DNA of 64,000 nt from Acidobacteriota bacterium (lineage in GTDB: Bacteria; Acidobacteriota; UBA6911; RPQK01; JAJDTT01). The position numbers and the translations under genes are program-made. Positions 30,256-39,268 of the stretch are shown piece after piece. The notes below the pieces were generated by a model, which was given only the letters and a program-made list of their open reading frames with translations, was not told where the DNA came from and did not search any database. Each line of letters starts with the position of its first letter. Position 1 is the first letter of the stretch. The stretch is taken from assembly GCA_965209055.1 (NCBI GenBank), contig OZ242374.1:800001-864000 (forward strand). The letters run 5' to 3'.

Positions 30256-32342
30256 GGTCCCCCCCGTTCGCCGACCGATTCCAACAAGGCGCCGGATGCG
30301 GTGCGGATCCTGTCGAAGACGACCCGGTCCTTCGCCGCCAGCCGGGCCAAGTCTTCCAGATCGTACCAGCGGAGCGCTCCGTGGACCGTATTCTCGAGTT
30401 GATCCACGGTGACGTCGGTTTCGACGACGCGCCGCCAACTGTCGATGGAGTCCCGGATGCCGATCCGGCCAAACAGCTCCGGCTCCACGGCCGCGGCATG
30501 CAGGGCGGCAACCCCCGCCCTTCCCACGGCGACCAGGTTCACTCGCTTCGCCTCCTCGGTCGCTACGCGCAGGTAACGCGCGCAGGCGAGTATGTCCTCA
30601 GCCCGCATGCCAACCAGTGAACGTCCCAGCATGTAGGCGATGAAATACTCTGCCGAGTTGTTTCCGATGTATTTCGGGTCGTACCGCCACGCCGTGGACT
30701 CGGTCTCCCCCAAGCCGGTCAGATCCACGGCCAGCACCGGATGCCCGCCGCGCGCCAGCGACTCTATGGGCCCTCCGGGACCCGCGTCGACCTGCTTGCC
30801 CCGCCCGTTCAGGTACAGCGTCCACTCGCTTCGCGAGCGTTCGGGAACGAACCGCAGCACCGGCAGTGGAAACCCGCCGGCGGACTGCAGGATCAACTTC
30901 TCGATGCGGTAACCGGTGCGCCGGACCGTACCGTACGTTTGGACTGCCAGTGGCGGGATCTCCGAGAGGGGACGGATGCCCGCGGTTTCCCTCACCTTGG
31001 TTCGTCGCTCCCTGCCGGTCATTTGCTGCCACGACCGCTCGCGATGCCGCCGGAGCCTCTCCTCCTCGGCACGGTAGAGTTGGAACACCGAGCGTGCGCC
31101 CTCCAGCAACAGAACCTGCCCCTGGGGCGTGCATTGAAGCTGCCGGTCGGAGAAGACGTCGAAGTCCGGCTCGTTCACCTCGTCGACCCGGTTCAGCAGC
31201 CACCGACGCATCCAGCGGCAGGCGCCGGTGCGCAGATGGAGGGAGAATCCGTGCTTCTCGTCCGCCTCCACCAGGCCGACCCGCTCCGCGACGCCCAACC
31301 GCGTGTAGAGCCGTTTGGCTTGCCGGTACGTCTCCCAGGCGCCCGCAATGGGCACGAAGTCCTTGGTGGCGGCAAGAATCAACGCAGGCTTAGGCGCTCT
31401 CATCAGGATGTAGTCCGCGTGGTCCATGCCGTAAGCGGTCTGTGCGTAGATGTTCTGCTCGGCGTCGCCCGGACCGGGGTCGTCGTTCTTGCGGCGGGTG
31501 GTGGTGATGAAACAACTGGACGCCGCAGCGGCGATCCTCGGATCGAGCGCCATCAGGTAGGCGGTCATGAGGCCGCCGCCCGAGTTTCCGGTGCAGCCGA
31601 TGCGCGACTCGTCGACGTCGTCCCGTCCCGCCAGGTAATCGATGCTGCGGATCCCGTCCCAGATGCGATAGGTAGCCAGGTTCCGGCCCAGCAAAATGGG
31701 GGCGACGCCGGCCAGGTTGTGTTCTTCGGTGGGCCGAAACCGCCCCTTCGCGGTCTCCGACCGTGCCGCGCCGTCCTCGAGAATCTGCTTCCGCTCCCCT
31801 TGGCCGACGGGGTCGTAGCAGAGCACCGCCAGACCGTTCCTGGCCATCAGGATGGCCGCCCGCTGGTAGAGTTCGGCCGCCTTTCCGTTCTCGCTGTGGC
31901 CGCAGGGGACCAGGACGCCGGGGTACGGCGGTTCGGCCTCCGGCAGGTACAGGACCGCCGTCACGTGGAAGCCGGGCCGGCTCTCGTAGATCAGCTTTTC
32001 GGCTCGAAACCCGTCGCCCGTCAGCCGGCCCACGACTCGGGGACGCAGGGGAGTGCGTTCCGGGAATCCCCCCAGGCTTTCGATGAATTCGGCTCGCAGG
32101 CGTTCCTGGTAGTCCCGGATCTGCTCCGGGGTCTTCAGCGCTTCGTACGCCTGCAGACGCCGGTCCAGCGCGGCGTGGACGAGTGGCCGGAGATGATCCT
32201 GAAGCAACCGGACTTCGCCGTCCGGCTGTGCCGATGCCGGCAGCACCCGGAGATCGGTCCCGAGCGCGATTTCGGGCGTCAGGGTCCAGACAAGAACGAC
32301 AAGGAGTATGCGGGCTGTGCTGGGCGCTGGGCTGGATAACAC
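30246..32342 (-). CDS. Acetylxylan-esterase-like double alpha/beta hydrolase
   Basis: LVPCGHS, YDPVGQGER, nucleophile GNSGGG and GDAEQN; second domain DLTGLGE; signal peptide. Confidence 0.85.
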   Translation of the reverse strand: MLSSPAPSTARILLVVLVWTLTPEIALGTDLRVLPASAQPDGEVRLLQDHLRPLVHAALDRRLQAYEALKTPEQIRDYQERLRAEFIESLGGFPERTPLRPRVVGRLTGDGFRAEKLIYESRPGFHVTAVLYLPEAEPPYPGVLVPCGHSENGKAAELYQRAAILMARNGLAVLCYDPVGQGERKQILEDGAARSETAKGRFRPTEEHNLAGVAPILLGRNLATYRIWDGIRSIDYLAGRDDVDESRIGCTGNSGGGLMTAYLMALDPRIAAAASSCFITTTRRKNDDPGPGDAEQNIYAQTAYGMDHADYILMRAPKPALILAATKDFVPIAGAWETYRQAKRLYTRLGVAERVGLVEADEKHGFSLHLRTGACRWMRRWLLNRVDEVNEPDFDVFSDRQLQCTPQGQVLLLEGARSVFQLYRAEEERLRRHRERSWQQMTGRERRTKVRETAGIRPLSEIPPLAVQTYGTVRRTGYRIEKLILQSAGGFPLPVLRFVPERSRSEWTLYLNGRGKQVDAGPGGPIESLARGGHPVLAVDLTGLGETESTAWRYDPKYIGNNSAEYFIAYMLGRSLVGMRAEDILACARYLRVATEEAKRVNLVAVGRAGVAALHAAAVEPELFGRIGIRDSIDSWRRVVETDVTVDQLENTVHGALRWYDLEDLARLAAKDRVVFDRIRTASGALLESVGERGGPGD

Positions 32343-32458
32343 GAACCCGAATCCTCACAGGAATTGTGTCTGCGGTCAAACGACTTCAGAATGCGGTTCG
32401 CGGGGTTCCACAGTCTGTGGAGAAAGCCCCGCCCGGGACCGGGAGCGAAGGAAGGGGA

Positions 32459-34075
32459 ATGAAAGCGGACAGCGGGAAAGCGCACGATATCGACGTTCTC
32501 ATCGTCGGAGGGGGGCACAATGGGCTGGTCGCCGGAAGTTACCTGGCGCGGGCCGGCCTGGAGGTCCAGGTCCTGGAGCGGCGGTCCATGGTCGGCGGGG
32601 CCTGCATCACCGAGGAGCTCTTTCCCGGTTTCCACTTCTCCAGTTGCTCCTTCATGCTCTACGCGCTGCACCCCAAGGTTGCGGACGACCTGGAACTGCA
32701 CCGATACGGTCTCCAGGTCTTTCAGGTCGATCCCTTCCTGTTTCGCCCCTACCCCGACGGCCGGCGCCTGGTGCTGCACCAGGACCCGGAACGCAACGCG
32801 GAAGCCATCGGCGCGTTCTCCCGCCGGGACGCGGAGAGCTACCGGCGATGGAACCGGTTGTGGGAACGGTTCCATTCCATCGTGCACGCTTACGTGCTCA
32901 CGCCCCCTCCCGCCTACGTCGATCTGGTGAGGAGGGCCAGGGAGACGGGCAACCTCGAGATCTTCAAGAAAGTCCTGATCACCAGCCACGCCGACCTGGT
33001 CGAGGAGTTCTTCGAGTCGGATCACGTCCGGGCCGCCATGATCCATTCCGGAGACCATGGCGACCCCCGGTCCATCGGAAGCGCCCTGCCGGCGGCCTTC
33101 CTGCCGGGCGACGTGGCACCCGAACGGCGGATCGTGGGCATCGTCAAGGGAGGAATGGGCGCGGTCACGCGGGCCATGGCCGCTTACCTGGAAAGCCAGG
33201 GCGGCGCCATTCGCACCGGGTGCCAGGTCCGCCGCGTCCTGGTGGAGGACGGCCGCGCCCGGGGTGTCGAACTGACCAGCGGAGAGACGATCCGAAGCCG
33301 CTTGGTCGTCTCCAACGCCGACCCCAAGCGCACCTTCCTGGACCTGGTCGAACCGGAACATCTCCCCCCGGGCTTCTGCGGTAGGGTCCGCGGCCGGCGG
33401 ACCGAGATCGGGTACTTCAAGTTCCACGCCGCCATGGATGAATTGCCCGACTTTTCCTCCTGGCTGGGAAGGGACTACGATCCGCGAATCACGGCCCGCG
33501 TCTGGATCTGCCCCTCCATCGAATACGTGCGGCGCGCCTGGCGGGACGCCCGGCGGGGCCGTCCTTCGAGGCAGCCCGTCATGTCGATCCAGATCCCCTC
33601 CGTCTACGACGACAGCATCTGCCCGCCGGGCAAGCACGTCCTGTCCATCTTCGCCGAATACGCGCCGGTCCGTCCGGCCCGGGGCAATTGGGATGAACGC
33701 CGGGAGGAGGCCGGAGAGCGGCTGATTGACGCGGTGACGGCGTATGCGCCCAACTTTCGTCGTGCTATTGCAGACTGGATGCTCTTGACGCCTCTGGACC
33801 TGGAACGCCGCGTCTACCTGACCGCCGGCAACATCCACCACCTGGACATGACGCCGAGCCAGGTCTTCTCCCGCCGGCCGCTCACGGGCTGGGCCGAGTA
33901 CCGGACCCCCGTCGAGGGCCTGTGGCTCTGCGGCGCCGGCACCCACCCGGGCGGCGAGGTCTCGGGAGCGCCCGGTCACAACGCGGCCCACGCCATCTTG
34001 CGGGATCTTCGGAGGGGCGATTCCCAATCGCCCGGTTCCCCCTCGTTTGCTGATGTCGAAAGAACCGGCGGTTAG
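32459..34075 (+). CDS. Phytoene-desaturase-family FAD oxidoreductase (PYROXD2-like)
   Basis: IVGGGHNGLVA, GGMGAV, TPLDLE, GNIHH and LCGAGTHPGGEVSGAPGHNAA. Confidence 0.9.
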   Translation: MKADSGKAHDIDVLIVGGGHNGLVAGSYLARAGLEVQVLERRSMVGGACITEELFPGFHFSSCSFMLYALHPKVADDLELHRYGLQVFQVDPFLFRPYPDGRRLVLHQDPERNAEAIGAFSRRDAESYRRWNRLWERFHSIVHAYVLTPPPAYVDLVRRARETGNLEIFKKVLITSHADLVEEFFESDHVRAAMIHSGDHGDPRSIGSALPAAFLPGDVAPERRIVGIVKGGMGAVTRAMAAYLESQGGAIRTGCQVRRVLVEDGRARGVELTSGETIRSRLVVSNADPKRTFLDLVEPEHLPPGFCGRVRGRRTEIGYFKFHAAMDELPDFSSWLGRDYDPRITARVWICPSIEYVRRAWRDARRGRPSRQPVMSIQIPSVYDDSICPPGKHVLSIFAEYAPVRPARGNWDERREEAGERLIDAVTAYAPNFRRAIADWMLLTPLDLERRVYLTAGNIHHLDMTPSQVFSRRPLTGWAEYRTPVEGLWLCGAGTHPGGEVSGAPGHNAAHAILRDLRRGDSQSPGSPSFADVERTGG

Positions 34076-34090
34076 GAAACCGCCGCTCCT
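34012..34090. repeat. REP-like palindromes overlapping the gene end
   Basis: GGGCGATT-CCC-AATCGCCC and CGGCGGTTAGGAAACCGCCGCTCC. Confidence 0.65.
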
Positions 34091-34104
34091 GCTGGAGGCC
34101 GCCC

Positions 34105-35559
34105 ATGCCCCGTCCCAATCTTCTGGTGCTGATGACCGATCAGCAGCGAGCCGACACCGTGGGTCCCGCCTCTCCCTGCCGGACCCCCCACCTGGACGCC
34201 CTGGCTGCTCAGGGAACCCGGTTTCTCCGTGCCTACTCTTCCAACCCCATCTGCTCGCCCAGCCGGGCGAGCCTGATGACGGGGCTCCTGCCCCACAGCC
34301 ACGGGATGGTCGACTGCACCCATACGGTGGAGCCCTATCGCGCCGACCTGAAGCCGGGACTCCCCTTCTGGAGCCGGGAGCTTCGGGGCGCCGGGTATCG
34401 CACCGGCTACTACGGGAAATGGCACATCGAGCGCTCCAATCGGCTGGAGGATTTCGGATTCGATTCGTACGAGCTGATGGAGAGCTTCGAGGCGGCCGAT
34501 GTGGGATGCCAACGGGTTCCCGACGCCGGCTACCTGGCGCGCCGCCGGAGCCTGGGACTCCCCGAATCGGATCGCCGCTGGGAACGCAAGGGGATGGTTC
34601 GCCATCCCGGATACCGGGACCTGTTGCTGCACGGCGTCGTGGACGAGCCCGTGGAGGGAACCCGCGAGCACCACGTCTTCTCGCGCGGGATCGATTTTCT
34701 GAATGAACCGGCCCGCGGCGACCAACCGTGGTGCCTCTTCCTGAGCACCGCCGGTCCTCACGATCCCTACGTCGTGCCGCGGGAATACCGTCGCCGCTAC
34801 GACGCCCGTTCCCTGATGCCTCCCCCCAGTTTCCAGGACGATCTGGCCGGCCGTCCCGCCATCTACCGGCGGATGCGGAGCGTGTGGGACCAGATGCGGT
34901 GGTCCGATTTCGCCGAGGCCACCGCCTGCTACTACGCCTTCTGTTCCCTCGTCGACGACCAGATCGGGAGGATTCTGAGGGTCCTGGAGGAGACGGGCCA
35001 GTCGGAGAATACGCTGGTGCTGTTCCTGTCGGACCACGGTGACTACATGGGAGCCCACCGTCTGATGCTCAAGGGGGTCCCCGCCTTCGAGGAGGCTTAT
35101 CGCGTGCCCCTGATCCTGAAAGGTCCCGGGGTGAATCCGGGACAGGAGGTCCCCGAGATCGTCAGTCTGCTGGACGTGGCGCCGACCCTGACGGAGCTGA
35201 CGCTGGGAGAGGACTTCTCCTGCCACGGGCGGTCGCTGCGTCCGCTGTTGGAGGGGGACGGATCCGGCTGGGACTCGGAAGCCTACGCCGAAATGCAGGG
35301 CCAGAGAATGGCGTACACGCAACGGGTTCTCTGGAGAGACAACCACAAGTACGTCTTCAATGCCTTCGACGAAGACGAGGTCTACGACCTGGAACAGGAT
35401 CCCCACGAACTGCGCAACCTGGCCGGAAGCCGCGAGTCCCTGTGCCGGGAGATGGCGGCTCGGATGTGGGAAATCGCCCGAGCCACCGGCGACTACAACC
35501 TCTACGAGTCCCAGTACGGCTGCTTCCGCTGGGCGCCCGTGGGACCGGAGGCGCGCTAG
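34105..35559 (+). CDS. Cys-type sulfatase (S1 family)
   Basis: DQQR, CSPSRASLMTG, GKWH, PHDP, SDHGD and E.YDL..DP.E..NLA. Confidence 0.93.
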   Translation: MPRPNLLVLMTDQQRADTVGPASPCRTPHLDALAAQGTRFLRAYSSNPICSPSRASLMTGLLPHSHGMVDCTHTVEPYRADLKPGLPFWSRELRGAGYRTGYYGKWHIERSNRLEDFGFDSYELMESFEAADVGCQRVPDAGYLARRRSLGLPESDRRWERKGMVRHPGYRDLLLHGVVDEPVEGTREHHVFSRGIDFLNEPARGDQPWCLFLSTAGPHDPYVVPREYRRRYDARSLMPPPSFQDDLAGRPAIYRRMRSVWDQMRWSDFAEATACYYAFCSLVDDQIGRILRVLEETGQSENTLVLFLSDHGDYMGAHRLMLKGVPAFEEAYRVPLILKGPGVNPGQEVPEIVSLLDVAPTLTELTLGEDFSCHGRSLRPLLEGDGSGWDSEAYAEMQGQRMAYTQRVLWRDNHKYVFNAFDEDEVYDLEQDPHELRNLAGSRESLCREMAARMWEIARATGDYNLYESQYGCFRWAPVGPEAR

Positions 35560-35565
35560 GAGGGG

Positions 35566-35607
35566 GGACTGTTAGTCCGACGCTCTGTCCAACTGAGCTA
35601 CGGGATT
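35566..35607 (-). pseudogene. tRNA 5' half (acceptor 5' strand, D-arm, anticodon stem) at the att end of element 2
   Basis: AATCCCG-TA-GCTC-AGTTGGACA-GAGC-G-TCGGA-CTAACAG-TCC; no T-arm or CCA follows. Confidence 0.75.
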
Positions 35608-35627
35608 GATCCTTTCCTTTCAACAGG

Positions 35628-36734
35628 TTATCCCGATGCTCCTCTCAAATCGTTCCTCCTATTTCCTCCCCGTTGCCTGTTTGTTGCCGGTCTCATTTGT
35701 GAGTCTTCGGTAGCCTGTGCCTCCCGAATGCTGGCAAGCGCATGCGAACTGACGTACCCCGCGTAGCGCATCGTCGTGCTGATCGAGGAGTGGCCCATCA
35801 GCTTCTGCACCGTCCTCACGTCCACCCCCTGCATCAGCCAATGGCTGCACCGGAATCGTCTCAGGTCGTGAAATCCGACCTTCAACCCCACCCGCTCGGT
35901 GGCCCGGCGCAACGGCTTGTCCGGATTCACCCATCTCGTGCCGGTTCGGGTGTTGACAAAGACATATGGGGTGCTCAGGTAGCGAACCAGCCCGGTCAGG
36001 TATCCTGCGGCGTACTTCGACAGCGGGATCTCCCTCGTCTCGTCGTTCTTGGTGAATTCCACCCATAGCAGCCTCCGGGATAGATCCACCCGTTTCCAGG
36101 TGAGCGACAACGCTTCGCCTTTCCGAATCCCCGTCTCGCCGATCACGGCGATCATGGCTTGCAGGTAAGGGTTGTCCATCGCCTCGACCAGGTCGCGGAA
36201 CTGTTGAACCGTCAAGGGCCGGAAGACCTTCTTGGGTTCTTTGAGTTTGGGGAATCTCACCAGCGGGTGCGTGTCCACTTCCCCGCACTCCAGCGCGTAG
36301 GAAAACAGCTTGCTGATGGCGGCAATGTCCCGGTTCACCGTGGCCGGCTGCACTTGCTTCTTTCTCCTGGCGACGTAGCGGTACAGGTCCTTGCGTTGGA
36401 ACTCCTTCAGGGGAATGTTCCCCAGCATGGCGTTGAGGCTCTTGAACGAGAGCGCATAGCGGCGGCGGGAGCGCATGCGAGGTTTGCAATACTCCTCGAA
36501 GAAACGCTCGTAGAAGCTCCGGACCGTCCAGACGGTGCGGTTCCCGCCGGCGAGCTCCTCCTTGAGCTGCTTCCAGGTGCCGTCCAGGATGCTCGACTCG
36601 ATTCGTGTTTGAAGCGCCTGTGCGCTCCGGTAGTTGGGGGCGTACATTCGGAGCCGACCGGATCCGTTCGGCCAGTACTTGCTGACGACGTACCGTCGTC
36701 TCCCCCGGCGATCCTTCACCTTGTAGATGCCCAT
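35628..36734 (-). CDS. Tyrosine recombinase/integrase, divergent from the P4-like one
   Basis: AGGAGG RBS; PATVNR, TGIRKGE, TKN, FHDLRR, LMGHSSISTTMRY. Confidence 0.93.
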   Translation of the reverse strand: MGIYKVKDRRGRRRYVVSKYWPNGSGRLRMYAPNYRSAQALQTRIESSILDGTWKQLKEELAGGNRTVWTVRSFYERFFEEYCKPRMRSRRRYALSFKSLNAMLGNIPLKEFQRKDLYRYVARRKKQVQPATVNRDIAAISKLFSYALECGEVDTHPLVRFPKLKEPKKVFRPLTVQQFRDLVEAMDNPYLQAMIAVIGETGIRKGEALSLTWKRVDLSRRLLWVEFTKNDETREIPLSKYAAGYLTGLVRYLSTPYVFVNTRTGTRWVNPDKPLRRATERVGLKVGFHDLRRFRCSHWLMQGVDVRTVQKLMGHSSISTTMRYAGYVSSHALASIREAQATEDSQMRPATNRQRGGNRRNDLRGASG

Positions 36735-36800
36735 GCATCTCCTCCTTTCTGGATCCGGGTTCTTCGCCGTGGGGCGAATCGTACCACGGCTCCAGAGAAC

Positions 36801-37880
36801 GGACCGGTGGGACCTGTCCCCCCAGACCCCCCAGTGGCGCCAGAACCCGCGCCGGATCACCATTCCGGCGCTGAACCGGGCGCTTTTATTTGTCGCGTCC
36901 CATAAGAATGGGTCCCTCGCGCAGGATTCCCGCCGCGTCTCTCGCAGGCTTCCCGGTCGGAGCAAATCTGTCCCCGGCCGAGGTGTCGCTTGAAACCCCC
37001 TCAGGCGGGAATTCTCGTGAGATCGTGAAAAAACAAGCCCGCCATCTGGCCTGTGTTGGCCCGCCGCAGCCGGACGAAGGGTTAGGTATAGGCCCCGGAG
37101 CGTCGTCCAGAAGCCTCCGGCGCGGCGCCGGGAAACAGGCAATTCTCAGCACGGGCGCAGCCCGTTAGGTAGTCCATGAGATCCGGAGCTCGGGCGATCG
37201 GCAAGACGCGATCCTGCTTCCAGAACTCAGCCTGATGGTGAAGACGGCTGACGTCATCCGATCTTCTTGAGTAGAATCTGATGGAAGTGGGTCAATCGAA
37301 AGCAGGCCAGGGAGGCAAAGCAGATGCGCTCAGACCACACCCCCCCCCCCACCATGCTCAGGATGGTCGTTGCCGTCGTCATCGGACTGATTGTGTTCGA
37401 GGTGGTGGCGGCGCTGTATCAGGTCGTCGCCGGGTTCTTTCTGGCGGCTTTCTGACGTCTTGCCGGGTTTTCGGCCCCAAGAGCAATCCAAAATCACGGC
37501 GATGGTAGCCGGTCGGGCCAAGGGTTCCACCTCGATGGCCAGGCCGACATGGAAAGCGTCCTCGGTTCTGGCGATCCAGGGGAGAAAGTAAATTGCACCG
37601 GTGGGGCTGGGGGCTTGAGAGATCGGTGGCAACACTGAACTGGAGGCAAAACGACGCACCCTGTGGGAAATCTCTGATTTTCCACACGGTGGGGAGGTTC
37701 GTTGAGACGAGGCTCGATCCCTCTTTGGAGAGTTCTTTGGTGGGTATGTGTCTCTTCGCATCCGGGGGGTTCGGGGGGGCTGGCCCCACCGCTACGAGCG
37801 TCAGGTTCACGGTCGGCTTGGTGTGCCGAACGGGGTTCAGGCGCACCAGGGGGGTCTGGGGGGACAGGTCCACCCGGTCC
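36801..37880. repeat. ~55-bp diverged inverted repeat pair (36801-36860 / 37822-37880)
   Basis: GGACCTGTCCCCCCAGACCCCC and its reverse complement GGGGGTCTGGGGGGACAGGTCC with similar flanks. Confidence 0.7.
37324..37455 (+). CDS. 43-aa hydrophobic small protein with an internal C11 tract (below the ORF-track cutoff)
   Basis: GGAGG at 37311-37315; MRSDHTPPPTMLRMVVAVVIGLIVFEVVAALYQVVAGFFLAAF; possible promoter CTGACG-18-TAGAAT. Confidence 0.55.
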   Translation: MRSDHTPPPTMLRMVVAVVIGLIVFEVVAALYQVVAGFFLAAF

Positions 37881-37897
37881 TCGGTCTTCTTCCGGGC

Positions 37898-38150
37898 CTT
37901 CCCGCAGGGAGAATTGAGACGGGAGCGACCCCCCCAGGGGGTGTTGCGCAAATGTGAATTGCGCAACGCCCCCGCGCCCGCACCGGGCAGCAAAAAGGGG
38001 GGGTCGCTCCCGTCCACCTCCATTTTCCCCGTGCGGCCACCCGGTGGCCGGGAATGGGGCCGTAACTGACTGAAAGGAAAAAAGATCGGGGAGAGTGAAT
38101 TTGTGAGTCACCGGGACCGCTTTTTGTGAATCCACCCCCTTTGTCCCATT
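37898..38150 (+). ncRNA. Conserved structured non-coding motif, copy 4 (in element 2)
   Basis: Colinear with copy 3 over ~250 nt; inner stem GGGGGTGTTGCGCA/TGCGCAACGCCCCC has a compensatory T-A pair and a T.G wobble. Confidence 0.5.
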
Positions 38151-38240
38151 CACATCCCGGATCGGGCGCGAGACCCTCTTGACGCACGCCCGAAACGAGT
38201 CACCAATAACCTTTGCGGCGGCCGAGAGTGGTCATCTCGA

Positions 38241-38480
38241 TCACAACTGACACGGAGCGATCCTCCACCGCCGGTGCGTCGCCATCCAGGAGCGCAGACC
38301 CTCGGTGACCACCGGCTCCGGAGCGACACAGACGAGGGTGGCCCTGCCGTCCTCGACGGCAATCTGCAGTTTGAACGCCAAGTAACGCCGGGTCCTCCCC
38401 ACTGCGCCATAGGGCACTTGCCGGGGATGCTGATTCTCGGGAATGGCGTCCCGTCCGAAGGGGTCTACGGACTTGTTCAT
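38241..38480 (-). CDS. Hypothetical protein (element 2 cargo)
   Basis: 79-aa ORF with a GAGGT RBS; no recognisable motif. Confidence 0.3.
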   Translation of the reverse strand: MNKSVDPFGRDAIPENQHPRQVPYGAVGRTRRYLAFKLQIAVEDGRATLVCVAPEPVVTEGLRSWMATHRRWRIAPCQL

Positions 38481-38625
38481 CCGCCGTCACCCTCGGAATG
38501 CTCTACGACATCGGATGGGAGCTACGTGAGCGTGGAGTGGACCCCCTCGACGTGCTACGGTGTCTCGAAGGTGCTCAGTAACGACCACTCAACTCAGTGG
38601 TGCAACCGAGTAAGGAGTAACCCTA

Positions 38626-38892
38626 ATGAACCCAGCCCGCGAAACAATTCCGCCCGAACGCCTTCAACAAATTGCGGCGTGGGACGGATTAGCTTCCCAA
38701 GTCGTTCTCGTGGACGTTCCGGGTCGGGGACTGGTTCCCAAACTGAGGTTGTGGTTTCAGTTCCGACGACTCGGACCACCGCCTCCGGGTAACGGGCCAA
38801 CCATTCACCAAGAAGCAGTTGTCGGTCTGGAATTTGCGCAGAGGATGGTGGACCACATATCGAGTGCAATTGCCGACGCGAAGCAGCGTTGA
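38626..38892 (+). CDS. Hypothetical protein (element 2 cargo)
   Basis: 88-aa ORF with a TAAGGAG RBS and protein-like composition. Confidence 0.45.
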   Translation: MNPARETIPPERLQQIAAWDGLASQVVLVDVPGRGLVPKLRLWFQFRRLGPPPPGNGPTIHQEAVVGLEFAQRMVDHISSAIADAKQR

Positions 38893-39107
38893 CGTTCACG
38901 GAGCCGCACTTGGGGCAGTTGATACGGAAGGGAGAAAAAGGGCGCGCCGGCTTTCAGGAGCCGATTCGGCTGCCTGTCTGTTGCCTGTTCAGCATGTCAA
39001 ACATAGGGAGTCAACCACCTTACCGATTCGGCGAAGAACCCGGTAAATCACTGTAAACGTTAATGTTCGGTAGTCTTTGACTTTGGGACAGTTGGGACTG
39101 TTAGTCC

Positions 39108-39245
39108 CCCTCTGCGGCGACTTTCCTGTCGCCCACTGGGACAGGCAACTATCTTGTCGCTTGGTCTTCTTGCCGGAAAGTGTAAAGGGGGGACTACCGT
39201 CCCCCCTCCCCCCCCTGTCGGCGGTTGGAAACCGCCGCTCCAAGT
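39108..39245. repeat. Intact REP-like composite cluster; a model of the unoccupied target of island 1
   Basis: GGCGAC/GTCGCC hairpin, GGGGGGAC-TACC-GTCCCCCC, C-tract, then CGGCGGTTGGAAACCGCCGCTCC. Confidence 0.75.
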
Positions 39246-39268
39246 CGCCGCTCCAAGTCGTCGTTCCC

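Larger units (their letters stand above)
35565..39107. mobile_element. Minimal integrative element (~3.5 kb) inserted in a REP-like hairpin
   Basis: 14-bp palindromic direct repeat GGGACTGTTAGTCC at 35565-35578 and 39094-39107; integrase next to the left end; the joined flanks give AGGGGGGACT-GTT-AGTCCCCCT. Confidence 0.85.

Noticed and set aside
35566-35607. Functional tRNA gene
   Set aside because: It lacks the T-arm and the 3' acceptor strand; reported as an att-associated fragment instead.
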